From Octopus sinensis (lineage: Eukaryota), in the NCBI RefSeq assembly GCF_006345805.1, contig NW_021834302.1, forward strand, positions 1 to 63,113: 63,113 nt of DNA, in the 5' to 3' direction. This document shows, in pieces, positions 1 to 12,514 of this stretch. The notes beneath the pieces are model-generated. The model was not told the origin of the DNA. It saw only the letters and a program-made list of their open reading frames with translations, and did not search any database. The position numbers were made by a program, and so were the translations under genes. Position 1 is the stretch's first letter. Each line of letters starts with the position of its first letter.

Positions 1-229
1 GTGTATATTTGTGTGTCTGTGTTTGTCCCCCTAGCATCGCTTGACAACCGATGCTGGTGTGTTTATGTCCCCATCACTTAGCAGTTTGGAAAAAGAGACC
101 GATAGAATAAGTACTGGGCTTACAAAAAGAATAAGTCTCGGGTTAGAGTTGCTCGATTAAAGGCGGTGCTCCAGCATGGCCGCAGTCAAATGACTGAGAC
201 AAGTAAAAGAGTAAAAGAGAGAAAAAGAG
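1..229 (+). mobile_element. SINE-A, 3' half (cut by window edge)
   Basis: Matches the 3' half of full copies at 16690 and 49800 (gcttgacaaccgatgctggtg...ggtgctccagcatggccgcagtcaaatgactga...gtaaaagag tail). Confidence 0.85.
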
Positions 230-250
230 TATATATATATATATACATAT

Positions 251-322
<72 letters not shown>

Positions 323-780
323 GTGTGTGCATATATTATACTCACACACACACACATGTTCTCTTGAGGCAAAACTAGAGAAAGAATATGTAAATGTGAA
401 CAAAAGCAGCAGAAGAAAGGGGTCAACATCGAATATTGAGCTACAATTACCCTACTGTACCAAATGAAGTGTGAAAACGGTAAAGATCTCTGTCAGTTGA
501 AGTGATATGAAGAAATTCTCATTTGGAGAAGAAAGTATTGCATGGCATTTGATGTATATTTTGATGGTGTTTGCCTTGCACTAGAGGGAGAAGAAACTAG
601 AGAGAGAGAGGGGGAGAGAGAGAGGGAGGGAGAGGGAGAGAAAGAAAGAAAGAGAGGGAGGGAGGGAGGGAGACAGGAAGTGGGGAGCATATATATGTAT
701 GTATGTATATGTATGTATGTATGTATATGTATGTATGTATGTATATGTATGTATGTGTATATATGTATGTATGTATGTGT

Positions 781-814
<34 letters not shown>

Positions 815-873
815 GTATATATATGTATGTATGTATATATTATTATGTATGTATGTATGTATGTATGTATATA

Positions 874-909
<36 letters not shown>

Positions 910-1191
910 TATATATATATATATATACATACACATACAAATATTTATATGTATATATACATATATACATATGAACTCCTGATATGTATATACATATATA
1001 TATTTGTATGTGTATATATATATATATATATATAAAAGAGGAATTTCGGTTGTCTATATGTATATATATATATACACACACACATATATATATATATAGT
1101 GAATCCAAATGAAGAAACAAACATGAAGCAACAACGCGAGGACGTGGTACAAGTAATATGTTATCAGATGCTCAGGAAAGGAAAGAAAGAG

Positions 1192-1228
1192 GATTTAACG
1201 TTTCGAGCAAAAGCTCTACTTCAGAAGT
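1192..1228 (-). ncRNA. Degenerate minimal hammerhead-like motif in a Penelope-like terminal fragment
   Basis: Minus strand reads CTGAAGTA-GAGC-TTTT-GCTC-GAAAC-GTT; stem II is intact, the core is imperfect. Confidence 0.4.
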
Positions 1229-1336
1229 AGGGGAAAGTCCAAAAGAAAGGAAGACGGAGGAAGAAAATTGACAGCAACTCACATGTGGTTACATTTTGAT
1301 TTATATATATGTATATATATATGTATATATATATAT

Positions 1337-1370
<34 letters not shown>

Positions 1371-1528
1371 ATGTATATATATTATATATACATACATATA
1401 TACATATATATATATATACGTATATACATATATATGTATACGTATTACTATATATACATATATACATATTATATATATACGTATATACATATATATGTAT
1501 ACGTATATACATATATATACATATATAC

Positions 1529-1576
<48 letters not shown>

Positions 1577-1599
1577 TATATATATATATATAGATAAGG

Positions 1600-1810
1600 A
1601 ACATATCTAGCCGTAGAGAATATCAACTTTGCTTGGAAAAGGAGCGAGTGTTAGGAACAGGAAGGGCACCCAGCTGTTGAAAATCTGCTCAGCAAATTGA
1701 GCTTGATCCATGTGAGCATGGAAGAGTGAAGATTAAATGATGACGACGATAATGACGACAACAATGATGATGTTGACGATGATGGTAATGATAATGATGA
1801 TGATGATGGT
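1600..1810 (+). mobile_element. Diverged RTE-type 3' end with (TGA)n tail
   Basis: aggaagggcacccagctg...gcatggaa...ttaaatgatgacga, as in the other RTE 3' ends. Confidence 0.6.
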
Positions 1811-2196
1811 CTCTATTTCCTTTCTATTTTTATTATCTTTATCCTCTCCCTCTCTCTCACTCTCTCTCTCTCTCTCTCTCACACACTTTCTTTCTCCCTT
1901 TCTCTATATCATTGCTGCAATTTACCCTTTCTTTCTTATCTCCCTTCCTTATCCTTCTCTCTTTCTCTCTCTCTCCCTCTCCCTCTCTCTCTCTCTTCTT
2001 TCCCTCCCTCCTTTCTCTCCGCCCTTTTTATTCCCTGCTTTTTTTCATTTTATCCATTTTCTATATTTATATCTTTCTGGCTCTCCCTAATCTTCCAATT
2101 TCTCTCTCATATATATGTACATATATACACACATATATTTTGTCATTTGACATTTATGTATATATATGCACACACACACATGCATATATATACATG

Positions 2197-2227
<31 letters not shown>

Positions 2228-2235
2228 GTAATACG

Positions 2236-2270
<35 letters not shown>

Positions 2271-2293
2271 ATATATGTATGTACGTATATATA

Positions 2294-2461
2294 GGCGCAG
2301 GAGTGGCTGTGTGGTAAGTAGCTTGCTAACCAACCACATGGTTGCGGTTCAGTCCCACTGCGTGGCATCTTGGGCAAGTGTCTTCTGCTATAGCCCGGGC
2401 CGACCAATGCCTTGTGAGTGGATTGGTAGACGGAAACTGAAAGAAGCCTGTCGTATATATG

Positions 2462-2492
<31 letters not shown>

Positions 2493-2660
2493 TTTGTCCC
2501 CCTAGCATTGCTTGACAACCGATGCTGGTGGGTTTACGTCCCCGTCACTTAGCGGTTCGGCAAAAAAGAGACCGATAGAATAAGTACTAAAGGCGGTGCT
2601 CCAGCATGGCCACAGTCAAAATGACCTGAAACAAGTAAAAGAGTAAAAAGAAGTAAAGAG
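2294..2660 (+). mobile_element. SINE-A, tRNA-derived, small internal deletion
   Basis: Head ggcgcaggagTGGCTGTGTGG (A-box-like) and GGTTCAGTCCC (B-box-like), central (TA)/(TG) microsatellite, gtaaaagag tail. Confidence 0.88.
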
Positions 2661-2682
2661 TATATATATATATGTATATACG

Positions 2683-2718
<36 letters not shown>

Positions 2719-3103
2719 GTATATATTATACGTATATATATATATGTATACATGCATATATGTATATATATATGTATATATGTATATATGTATATATATG
2801 TATATACGTATATATATATATGTATATATGCATATATGTATATATATATGTATATATGTATATATGTATATATATGTATATACGTATATATATATATGTA
2901 TATATGTATATATATGTATATATGTACATATATACACATATATTTTGTCATTTGACATTTATGTATATATATATATATATATATGCACACACACACGCAT
3001 ATATACATGTACATACATATATATATATGTGTGTGTGTATATACGTATATATATGTATATATGTATATACGTATATATATGTATATATGTATACACATGT
3101 GTG

Positions 3104-3148
<45 letters not shown>

Positions 3149-3583
3149 AACACACACACACATGCATATAGATATATATTTACATACATACACACACAAG
3201 CATGCATATATGTATGTGTGAGTGTGTGTATGTGTGTATATCATATGTTCATATCACCCGCATCGTTATTTCACTCGGAGTCTCTTTTTTCTTTGTTTCT
3301 CGCTCATTCCAATTTCATTTCTTGTTTCTATGGTTTCCATGGCAACGTTTTCACAACTAATTAAAAGATGGTGTCAAAGTTGGCAGAATGTCTTTGTCGT
3401 GGCGGAGATAGTTGTGGTGTTAGTTGGGTTGCTACTACATGAATATATATATATACACACATGCTTGATTGTTTGTGGGTATATTTGTGTGTATACGTGT
3501 GTATGTGCGTGTGTGTATATATAAATGAAATGTATTTATATATATGTGTGTGTATGTGTGTCTCTTTCTTTGTCTCTCTCTCC

Positions 3584-3650
<67 letters not shown>

Positions 3651-3729
3651 TGGTGCTCCAGCATGGCCACAGTCAAATGATTGAAACAAGTAAAAGTAAA
3701 GAGTATATATATATATATATATATATACT

Positions 3730-4085
3730 TTTTAGTCGAGCAAATCGACCCCAGGACTTATTCTTAGTAATCCCAGTACTTAATCTATCGGCCTCTTTTG
3801 CTGAACTGCTAAGTTATGGGGACGTAAACACATCTGCATCGGTTGTCAAGTGACGTTGTGGGGACAAACAGACACACAAACATATACACACACATACATA
3901 TACATATATATACATACATACGACAGGCTTCTTTCAGTTTCCGTTTACCAAATCCACTCAGAAGGTTTTGGTTGGCCCGAGGCTATAGTAGAAGACACTT
4001 GCCCAAGGTGCCATGCAGTGGGACTGAACCCGGAACCATGTGGTTGGTAAGCAAGCTACTTACCACACAGCCACTCTTACGCCTA
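3730..4085 (-). mobile_element. SINE-A, preceded by an oppositely oriented tail fragment at 3648-3715
   Basis: Reverse complement of the 2294 and 16690 copies. Confidence 0.85.
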
Positions 4086-4093
4086 TATATTTC

Positions 4094-4302
4094 TAAAAGG
4101 AGGTACTGAAAAGTTTCTGGCCTTAAGGGTTTCTTGAAACGCCTGGTTGGAGGCCCAAACATCTGAGTTCTTTTATACAGGGCTTAGAAAAACTGAAGGA
4201 CCACTGCAATAAGTGTGTGAATCTGAGAGGGGAATATGTTGAATAAAATCATGTTTAACTGATCCTCCTGAATATTTTTTTTTATGCAAAGCCGGGAAAT
4301 TT
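4094..4302 (+). mobile_element. Mariner-derived MITE retaining the transposase C-terminus
   Basis: TA followed by aaggaggtactgaaaagtttctggc; partial inverted end gccgggaaattt. Bases 4141-4246 translate, with one frameshift, to AWLEAQTSEFFYT/GLEKLKDHCNKCVNLRGEYVE*, matching the mariner FY..GI.KL..RW.KCV...G.YVE terminus. Confidence 0.8.
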
Positions 4303-4321
4303 ATATATATATATAAACACT

Positions 4322-4373
<52 letters not shown>

Positions 4374-4651
4374 TATACATACTCACATGCACACACACAC
4401 ACACACTGGTGATATTGATGGAATGTCTGATCACGAAGCTGTTGCTAAGATATCGAATTCTACGTAGAATCAAGTGTTATGATTACACTTGACTGCATTT
4501 TTAACTTCATCTTGTTTTAATATTCATCCACAATACATACACAAACACACACACACACACCACACACACACAGATATCTATATATATATTTTATATATAC
4601 ATTCATATATATATATATACTGATTGACATGTATATATTTATATATATATT

Positions 4652-4685
<34 letters not shown>

Positions 4686-4855
4686 AATATATATATATAT
4701 AATATAAATATATAATAAATATATATATATATAAATTTATATATAAATAAATATATATATATTTAGATATCTATATGTCTATCAGTATATATATATATGA
4801 ATGTATATATAAAAATATATATATAGATATATGTGTGTGTCTGAGTGAGTCTGTG

Positions 4856-4930
<75 letters not shown>

Positions 4931-4970
4931 ATATATATTATTATTAGACATATCGATATGTATATATATA

Positions 4971-5010
<40 letters not shown>

Positions 5011-5336
5011 ATGGTATGTTTATTCATAAGATTAATGACATGAGGAAACCAACTGGGAAACACTACACATAATTAAGAACACGTAAAAGAAAAAAAATAA
5101 CAACAACACCAGACGTTTGTATTGAAGATGAAGAATTGTGTGAGCTAGTCTCCTGCGTACTTGTTTGGTTGCCTCTATTTCCTGAATTACTTGGTAGTTT
5201 ATTTAATATGTGAATGTCTTGCTGTTATTGACAAGCAAGATATCAAACACACATAAATGTATAAATACTTCGCCTACATATGTTGTACACATATATACAT
5301 ATATGTATATATGTGTATATGTATATATAGTATATA

Positions 5337-5452
<116 letters not shown>

Positions 5453-5476
5453 GTATATATGCATATATATATATGC

Positions 5477-5588
<112 letters not shown>

Positions 5589-5621
5589 TATATATATATA
5601 TGCATATATATATATTATATA

Positions 5622-5665
<44 letters not shown>

Positions 5666-5855
5666 TATATATATATATAGGCATATATATATGTATATAT
5701 ATATTACATATATATGCATATATATATATATATGCATATATATATATGCATATATATATATACATATATATATGCCTATATATATATATATATGCATATA
5801 TACATATATATATGCCTATATATATATACATGCATAATATATATATATATATATA

Positions 5856-6157
5856 GCACCATGACCACCGTGACTGACCAGGCTATCAGATGTTGCTACA
5901 CATCGCTGGTCACAATGTGCTTCGCATTGTTTTTTTAGCCTTCAAATGGACGCCACCCCGCGAGCAGGCCAACAGAAGAGTGAGAGAAAGTTGTGGCGAA
6001 AGAGTACAGCAGGGATCACCACCAGCCCCTGCCGGAGCCTCGTGGAGTTTTAGGTGTTTTCGCTCAATAAACACTCACAATGCCCAGTCTGGGAATCGAA
6101 ACGCAATCCTACGACCGCAAGTCCGCCGCCCTAACCACTGGGCCATTGCGCCTCCAC
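5856..6157 (-). mobile_element. SINE-B, tail type 1
   Basis: Head ggaggcgcaaTGGCCCAGTGG...GTTTCGATTCC; tail ends ...ggtcagtcacggtg, related to the gtcacgtgatcacgtga tail. Confidence 0.88.
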
Positions 6158-6166
6158 TATATATAC

Positions 6167-6199
<33 letters not shown>

Positions 6200-6213
6200 C
6201 ATATATACATATA

Positions 6214-6302
<89 letters not shown>

Positions 6303-6460
6303 TATATACACATGTATGCATAGGCATATATGTGTATATAAATATACATACACACACATTCATTTTACTTTCATGTATTGTCTTCCATACTGAAATGGAT
6401 TGGGCAACATACATATGCACACGCACACACATTGATGGACACATACACATACACTGCCTT

Positions 6461-6605
6461 CGTCTGGTTCTGAGTTCAAATACTGCTGAGGTCAACCCTG
6501 CCTTCCATACTTTTAGGATTGATAACATAAGTACTAGTTATGCACTGGGGTTGACGTAATTACCTAGTCCTGTTCCCCAAAATTTTAGGCCTTGTGCCTA
6601 GAAAG
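6461..6605 (+). mobile_element. SINE-C fragment
   Basis: ttctgagttcaaat...gccttccatactttt..gataa..aagtac...cactggggttga...aaattttaggccttgtgcc. Confidence 0.7.
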
Positions 6606-6744
6606 AATTATCTGATATAGGTCAGTATATGTTGAATAGAGTGGACAATATATATTCCATCCATCTACCCCTACCCGCAGTTTCTGGGTAATATTGGTAA
6701 TATTTATATATGGATCATGCTAGTAGGATGCCAAGAGCACTATT

Positions 6745-7103
6745 TGAGTGTGATCGTTGCCATAGCAGCCAACTGGCCTCCGTGCCAGTGGCACATAAAA
6801 TGACACCATTCGAGCGTGATCATTACCAAAGTTGCCTTATTGGCACCTGTGCTGGAGGCATGTGTAAAAGGATTCAAGTGAGGTCGTTGCCAGTAACGCC
6901 CGACTGGCCCCCGTGCCGGTGGCACGTAAAAAGCACCCACTACACTTTCGGAGTGGTTGGTGTTAGGAAGGGCATCAAGCTGTAGAAACCCTGCCAAATC
7001 AAGATTGGAGCCTGGTGCAACCATCTGGTTTGCCAGCCCTCAGTCAAAATTGTCCAACCCATCCTAGCATGGAAAGTGGACGTTAACCGATGATGATGAT
7101 GAT

Positions 7104-7105
<2 letters not shown>
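6745..7105 (+). mobile_element. RTE-type LINE 3' UTR, 5'-truncated
   Basis: taaaaagcacccactacac...gagtggttgg.gttaggaagggcatc...gcatggaaagtggacgtta + (TGA)n. Confidence 0.85.
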
Positions 7106-7148
<43 letters not shown>

Positions 7149-7149
7149 C

Positions 7150-7726
7150 TAAAAGCAAATAAATGGCACACGAAGTAAACGCGATATTTACTGGAAAATA
7201 GCGAACGTAATAAATACGACGCTAATGTATTTCACTGGTATGTACTAGCAAAAATGCGTGTGTGCAACAAACTTGAAAAAAATTGTCTTACCTCTAGGGA
7301 GAACATCTGAAAGATGAAATACCTAGAAAGGGATAATGTGGGACCGGTTTCAGATTTTTCAAGATATGTCTGCACACATATACTTGATTTATCTTCATCA
7401 GCTAACATATACCTCGACAACATTTCAAATGTTGCCACATCCATGCCAATACACTCAACTGAAACGCCAAAACGCTAACAGAACGAGAACAGTGAAGACG
7501 TTTCAATAAAAATAGTAATGCAATACGAGAGTATTGCTTTCCAGTAAAGAATAGCCCGTGAGGGAAAATTATACATAAAAGCTATACATTAGCGTCGTAT
7601 TTATTACGTTCGCTATTTTCCAGTAAATATTGGTACTTCGTTGTGCCATATATTTACTTCTATGTATAATTTTCCCTCACGGGCTATTCTTTACTGGAAA
7701 GCAATACTCTCGTATTGCATTACTAT

Positions 7727-7729
<3 letters not shown>
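7150..7729. mobile_element. TA-flanked foldback/MITE-like element with nested inverted repeats
   Basis: 7509-7577 is the exact reverse complement of 7661-7729; 7157-7229 is the near reverse complement of 7585-7655. Confidence 0.65.
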
Positions 7730-7765
<36 letters not shown>

Positions 7766-7824
7766 TGCAGGAGTGGCTGTGTGGTAAAAAGCACTAATCC
7801 GATTGTGGCTGTTGACAGCCTCGC

Positions 7825-8008
7825 CTAGCACGTAAAAAGCACCCACTACACACTCGGAGTGGTTGGCGTTAGGAAGGGCATCCAGCTATTGAAACTCTGC
7901 CAAATCAAGATTGGAGCCTGGTGCAACCATCTGGTTTAGCAGCCCTCAGTCAAAATCATCCAATCCATGCTAGCATGGAAAGTGGACATTTAACGATGAT
8001 GATGATGA
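7825..8008 (+). mobile_element. RTE-type 3' UTR, fused behind a SINE-A head stub at 7763-7790
   Basis: Same 3' end and (TGA)n tail as the 6745 copy. Confidence 0.8.
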
Positions 8009-8029
8009 GAGCTCCTAGGCACTTCTTCC

Positions 8030-8160
8030 ATAAGGTCTTGTCACAAGCAGCCTTCATTAGACTTCACAGCTGGAATCCCATTTCGTTCTTGGTCTACCTC
8101 CTATGCCTCCTACCTGTTGGCTCAACTTGAAGAATCTGTCTTGTAGTTCTTTCCTATAAC
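8030..8160 (-). pseudogene. RTE LINE ORF C-terminal relic
   Basis: Minus strand gives GRPRTKWD and, after a frameshift, LMKAACDKTLWKK, resembling the RTE GRPR..W.D / A.DR..WR terminus. Confidence 0.45.
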
Positions 8161-8414
8161 AGTCTAATTACGTATCTGCAATACCAGAGCTGTGACCTCT
8201 ACAAACGGCCATTCTTAGTTCTTGCAACATGATTGGTCGAATCATTAAGTGAAAGCTAGAGTTCAACCAATAGTTTTGTCAAACTAATTTCATTTACAAA
8301 ACTTGGAATCGATCTGTAACCATAGTAACAAATACTTGCACGAGATGACAGATACTAGGATCAATCTGAAGATCTCATGATTGTAAAACTTCTTAATTCT
8401 TCAGCCAACACACA

Positions 8415-8445
<31 letters not shown>

Positions 8446-8519
8446 CACACACACACGCATATATCATAAGTATGTGTCTGTGTTTAAGTGGTCATATAAT
8501 GTGTGTATATCTAAATTTA

Positions 8520-9110
<591 letters not shown>

Positions 9111-9158
9111 CTGCCTGTCTGTCTATCTGTCTATCTCTCTCTATCGCTCTCTATATAT

Positions 9159-9200
<42 letters not shown>

Positions 9201-9306
9201 GTATATACACACATGTATATATCATATGTGAGTGTATGTGTTTATGTGGTCATATAATGTAATATGTGTATATCATCTAATTTATATCTATATATATATA
9301 TATATA

Positions 9307-9349
<43 letters not shown>

Positions 9350-9576
9350 ATATTATATATCTATATATATATATTATATAAAACACACCAACATACATAC
9401 CACACACATACATACATATAAGCTCACACACGTTAACACATACATATATACATGCACACACACATACATACATATATATACAAAATTAATTAATTGGTTG
9501 TGAATGAAAAGGTCTTCTAATTATACTGAGGAAATTAATCAAGCTTTAACTTGTATAACTTCCACTTTGTATAAAC

Positions 9577-10010
9577 ATGGTGGTGGTGGTGGTGGTTGTG
9601 GTGGTGGTAGTGGTGGTGGTAGTGGTGGTGGTGGTCGGGGTGGTCGGGGTGGTGGTGGTGGTGGTGGTGATGGTGGTTGTAGTGGTGGTGGTAGTGGTGG
9701 TGGTGGTGGTCGTGGTGGTCGTTGTCGTCGTGGTGGCGGTGGTGGTGGTGGTCGTCGTCGTCGTGGTCGTGGTATGGTGTTGGTGGTCGTGGTGTTTGTG
9801 TGGTCGTGGTCGTGGTGTGTGGTGTGGTAGTGGTGGTGGTGTGGTGGTGGTGGTGGTTGGTGGTAGTGGTGGTAGTGGTGGTGGTGGTGGTCGTCGCGTG
9901 GTCGTCGTCGTCTGGTGGTGGTGGAGTGGGGTCGTGTCATGATGGTGGTGGTGGTGGTGGTGGTGGTGGTGGTGGTGGTGGTGGTGGTGGTGGTGGTGGT
10001 GGTGGTGGTT
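9577..10010. repeat. (GGT)n low-complexity tract
   Basis: Direct reading. Confidence 0.95.
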
Positions 10011-10044
10011 AATATGTTAGCATGGGATTGTTTAGCCAACACAT

Positions 10045-11005
10045 AAGCTCCACCACTAACACTGCAACCAACACAATCTTGACCACAAACACCAACTCTT
10101 CCACCACTAGAATCATCCCCTACGCAGTCACCGACCCTGCTTTCACCTCCACCGCTAACACCACCACCACCACCACCACCACCACCACCACCACTAACAC
10201 CACCACTAACACCACCACTAACACCACCACCACCACCGCTACCACTACAGCAACAACACTTTCAATACCGTCACCAGCATTATCACTACCACCTTTACCA
10301 CCTTCACCGCCGCTAACACTACATCCCTTACCACCACTTCTACACCCTCTACCATCACCACCTCTACCACCACCTCCACAACCAACACCACCATCACCAC
10401 TGGTGTTGCTACCACCGTTGTCGCCACCACCAACAACAAAACTAGCATCACCACCACCACTACCACTACCACCACCACCACAACCTTCATCATTACCACT
10501 AACACCACCACCACTACCACTACCACCACCACCACAACCTTCATCATTACCACTAACACCACCACCACTACCACCACCACCACAACCTTCATCATTACCA
10601 CTAACACCACCACCACTACCACTACCACCACCACCACAACCTCCATCATTACCACTAACACCACCACCACTACCACTACCACCACCACCACAACTTTCAT
10701 CATTACCACTAACACCACCACCAACACCACCATCATCATCACTTTCACACACCTTTCATCCCAATACTACCATCTCTGCCACTACTGCCATACTACCACC
10801 TCCACCACCACAACCAGCACCACCACCACCAACGTTGCCGCCACCACCACCACTGGTGTTGCTACCACCGACGTCGCCACCACCAACAAGAACAAAACTA
10901 GCACCACCACCAACACCACCATCATCATCATCACCATTACCATTACCTTCATACAATCCAACCACTACTACTACTATCACTACCACTGCCACCACCACCA
11001 CCACA
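10045..11005. repeat. (ACC)n-based tract with an internal ~45-54 bp minisatellite
   Basis: ccaccacaaccttcatcattaccactaacaccacc is repeated five times at about 10470-10720. Confidence 0.9.
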
Positions 11006-11352
11006 TTCAACCATGCAACCGTTAAGCTATTTTGTATGTGACCTACCACCTTAGGAGGGAATCTCCAGCCGAGAAGACATTATTGGAACTGATGTGACAC
11101 ATCAGTGGATTTGATTTGAGTGGAACTAATATTGTGGCTTTTTGCCCACATCAAATGATATGGACTCTACATACGTGTGTGTGTGTGTGTGTTGTGTGTT
11201 TATCATGGTCACACATAGATATATGTGTGTGTATGTATATATATGTGTATATATATACACGCATACATATACACACACACATATATACATATATACACAC
11301 ACATTCATTTATTTAATACACATTAACACAAATATGTGCATATATATATATA

Positions 11353-11657
11353 TCACGTGATCACGTGACCGACCAGACCATCAGATGTTGTCACACATCG
11401 CTAGTCACAATGCGTTCGCATTGTTTTAGCCTTCGAATGACGCCACCCCGCTGGCTAAGCGAGCAGGCCAACAGAAGAAAGAGTGGGAGAAAGAGTGGTG
11501 AAAGAGTACAGCAGGGATCACCACCCCCTGCCAGAGCCTCGTGGAGCTTTTAGGTGTTTTCGCTCAATAAACACTGACAATGCCCAGTCTGGGAATCGAA
11601 ACCGCGATCCTACAACCGTGAGTCCGCTGCCTTAACCACTAGGCCATTGCGCCTCCA
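11353..11657 (-). mobile_element. SINE-B, tail type 1
   Basis: Full head plus tcacgtgatcacgtgac tail. Confidence 0.9.
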
Positions 11658-11665
11658 CATGTGTG

Positions 11666-11766
<101 letters not shown>

Positions 11767-11844
11767 TGCATATCTATACATATACACACATTCATTTATT
11801 TAATACACATTTACACAAATATGTGCATATATATATATATATAT

Positions 11845-12035
11845 ATCATCATCATCATCATCATCGTTTAACATCCGTTTTCCGCGCTAGTACGGGTTGG
11901 ACAGTTCGACCGGGGTCTGGGAAGCCAGGGGCTGCACCAGGCTCCAGTCTGATCTGGCAGTGTTTCTACAGCTGGATGCCCTTCCTAACGCCAACCACTC
12001 CGCGAGTGTAGTGGGTGCTTTTTACGTGCCACCTG
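11845..12035 (-). mobile_element. RTE-type 3' UTR
   Basis: (CAT)n followed by the reverse complement of the RTE 3' end. Confidence 0.85.
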
Positions 12036-12117
12036 CACATATATATATATGTATGCATGCGTATATATGTATGTATGTATTTATGTATCTACATATATAT
12101 GTACTTATATATCTACA

Positions 12118-12337
12118 TAGGCATGGCTGTGTGGTAAGAAACTTGCTTCTCTACATGATGGCTCCAGGTTCAGTCCCACAGCATGACACCTTGGGCAAGT
12201 GTCTTCTATTATAGCCTTGGGCCGACCAAAGCCATGTTAGTGGATTTGGTAGATGGAAACTGAAGGAAGCCCAATATGTGTATGTGTGTGTGTGTATATA
12301 TATATATATATCGGTACCTCATTGTACCATTTATTTA

Positions 12338-12372
<35 letters not shown>

Positions 12373-12510
12373 TTGTATGTATTTATGCGTGTGTCTGCGC
12401 TTGTCCCCCACCCCCCTCCGCACCTATGCTTCACAAATGATGCTGGTGTGTTTATGTCCCCATAACTTAGCAGTTCAGCAAAAGACAACTGATAGAATAA
12501 GTACCATGCT
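12118..12510 (+). mobile_element. SINE-A, diverged, tail missing
   Basis: tggctgtgtggtaag head and gataga ataagtac body. Confidence 0.8.
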
Positions 12511-12514
12511 TACA

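Noticed and set aside
4410-4475. DIDGMSDHEAV, resembling a LINE endonuclease SDH motif
   Set aside because: Only about 19 codons with no other supporting motifs.
10022-11041. 339-aa Pro/Thr-rich ORF suggesting a mucin or formin
   Set aside because: Built from (ACC)n repeats with no folded domain or convincing splice context; kept only as a structural finding.
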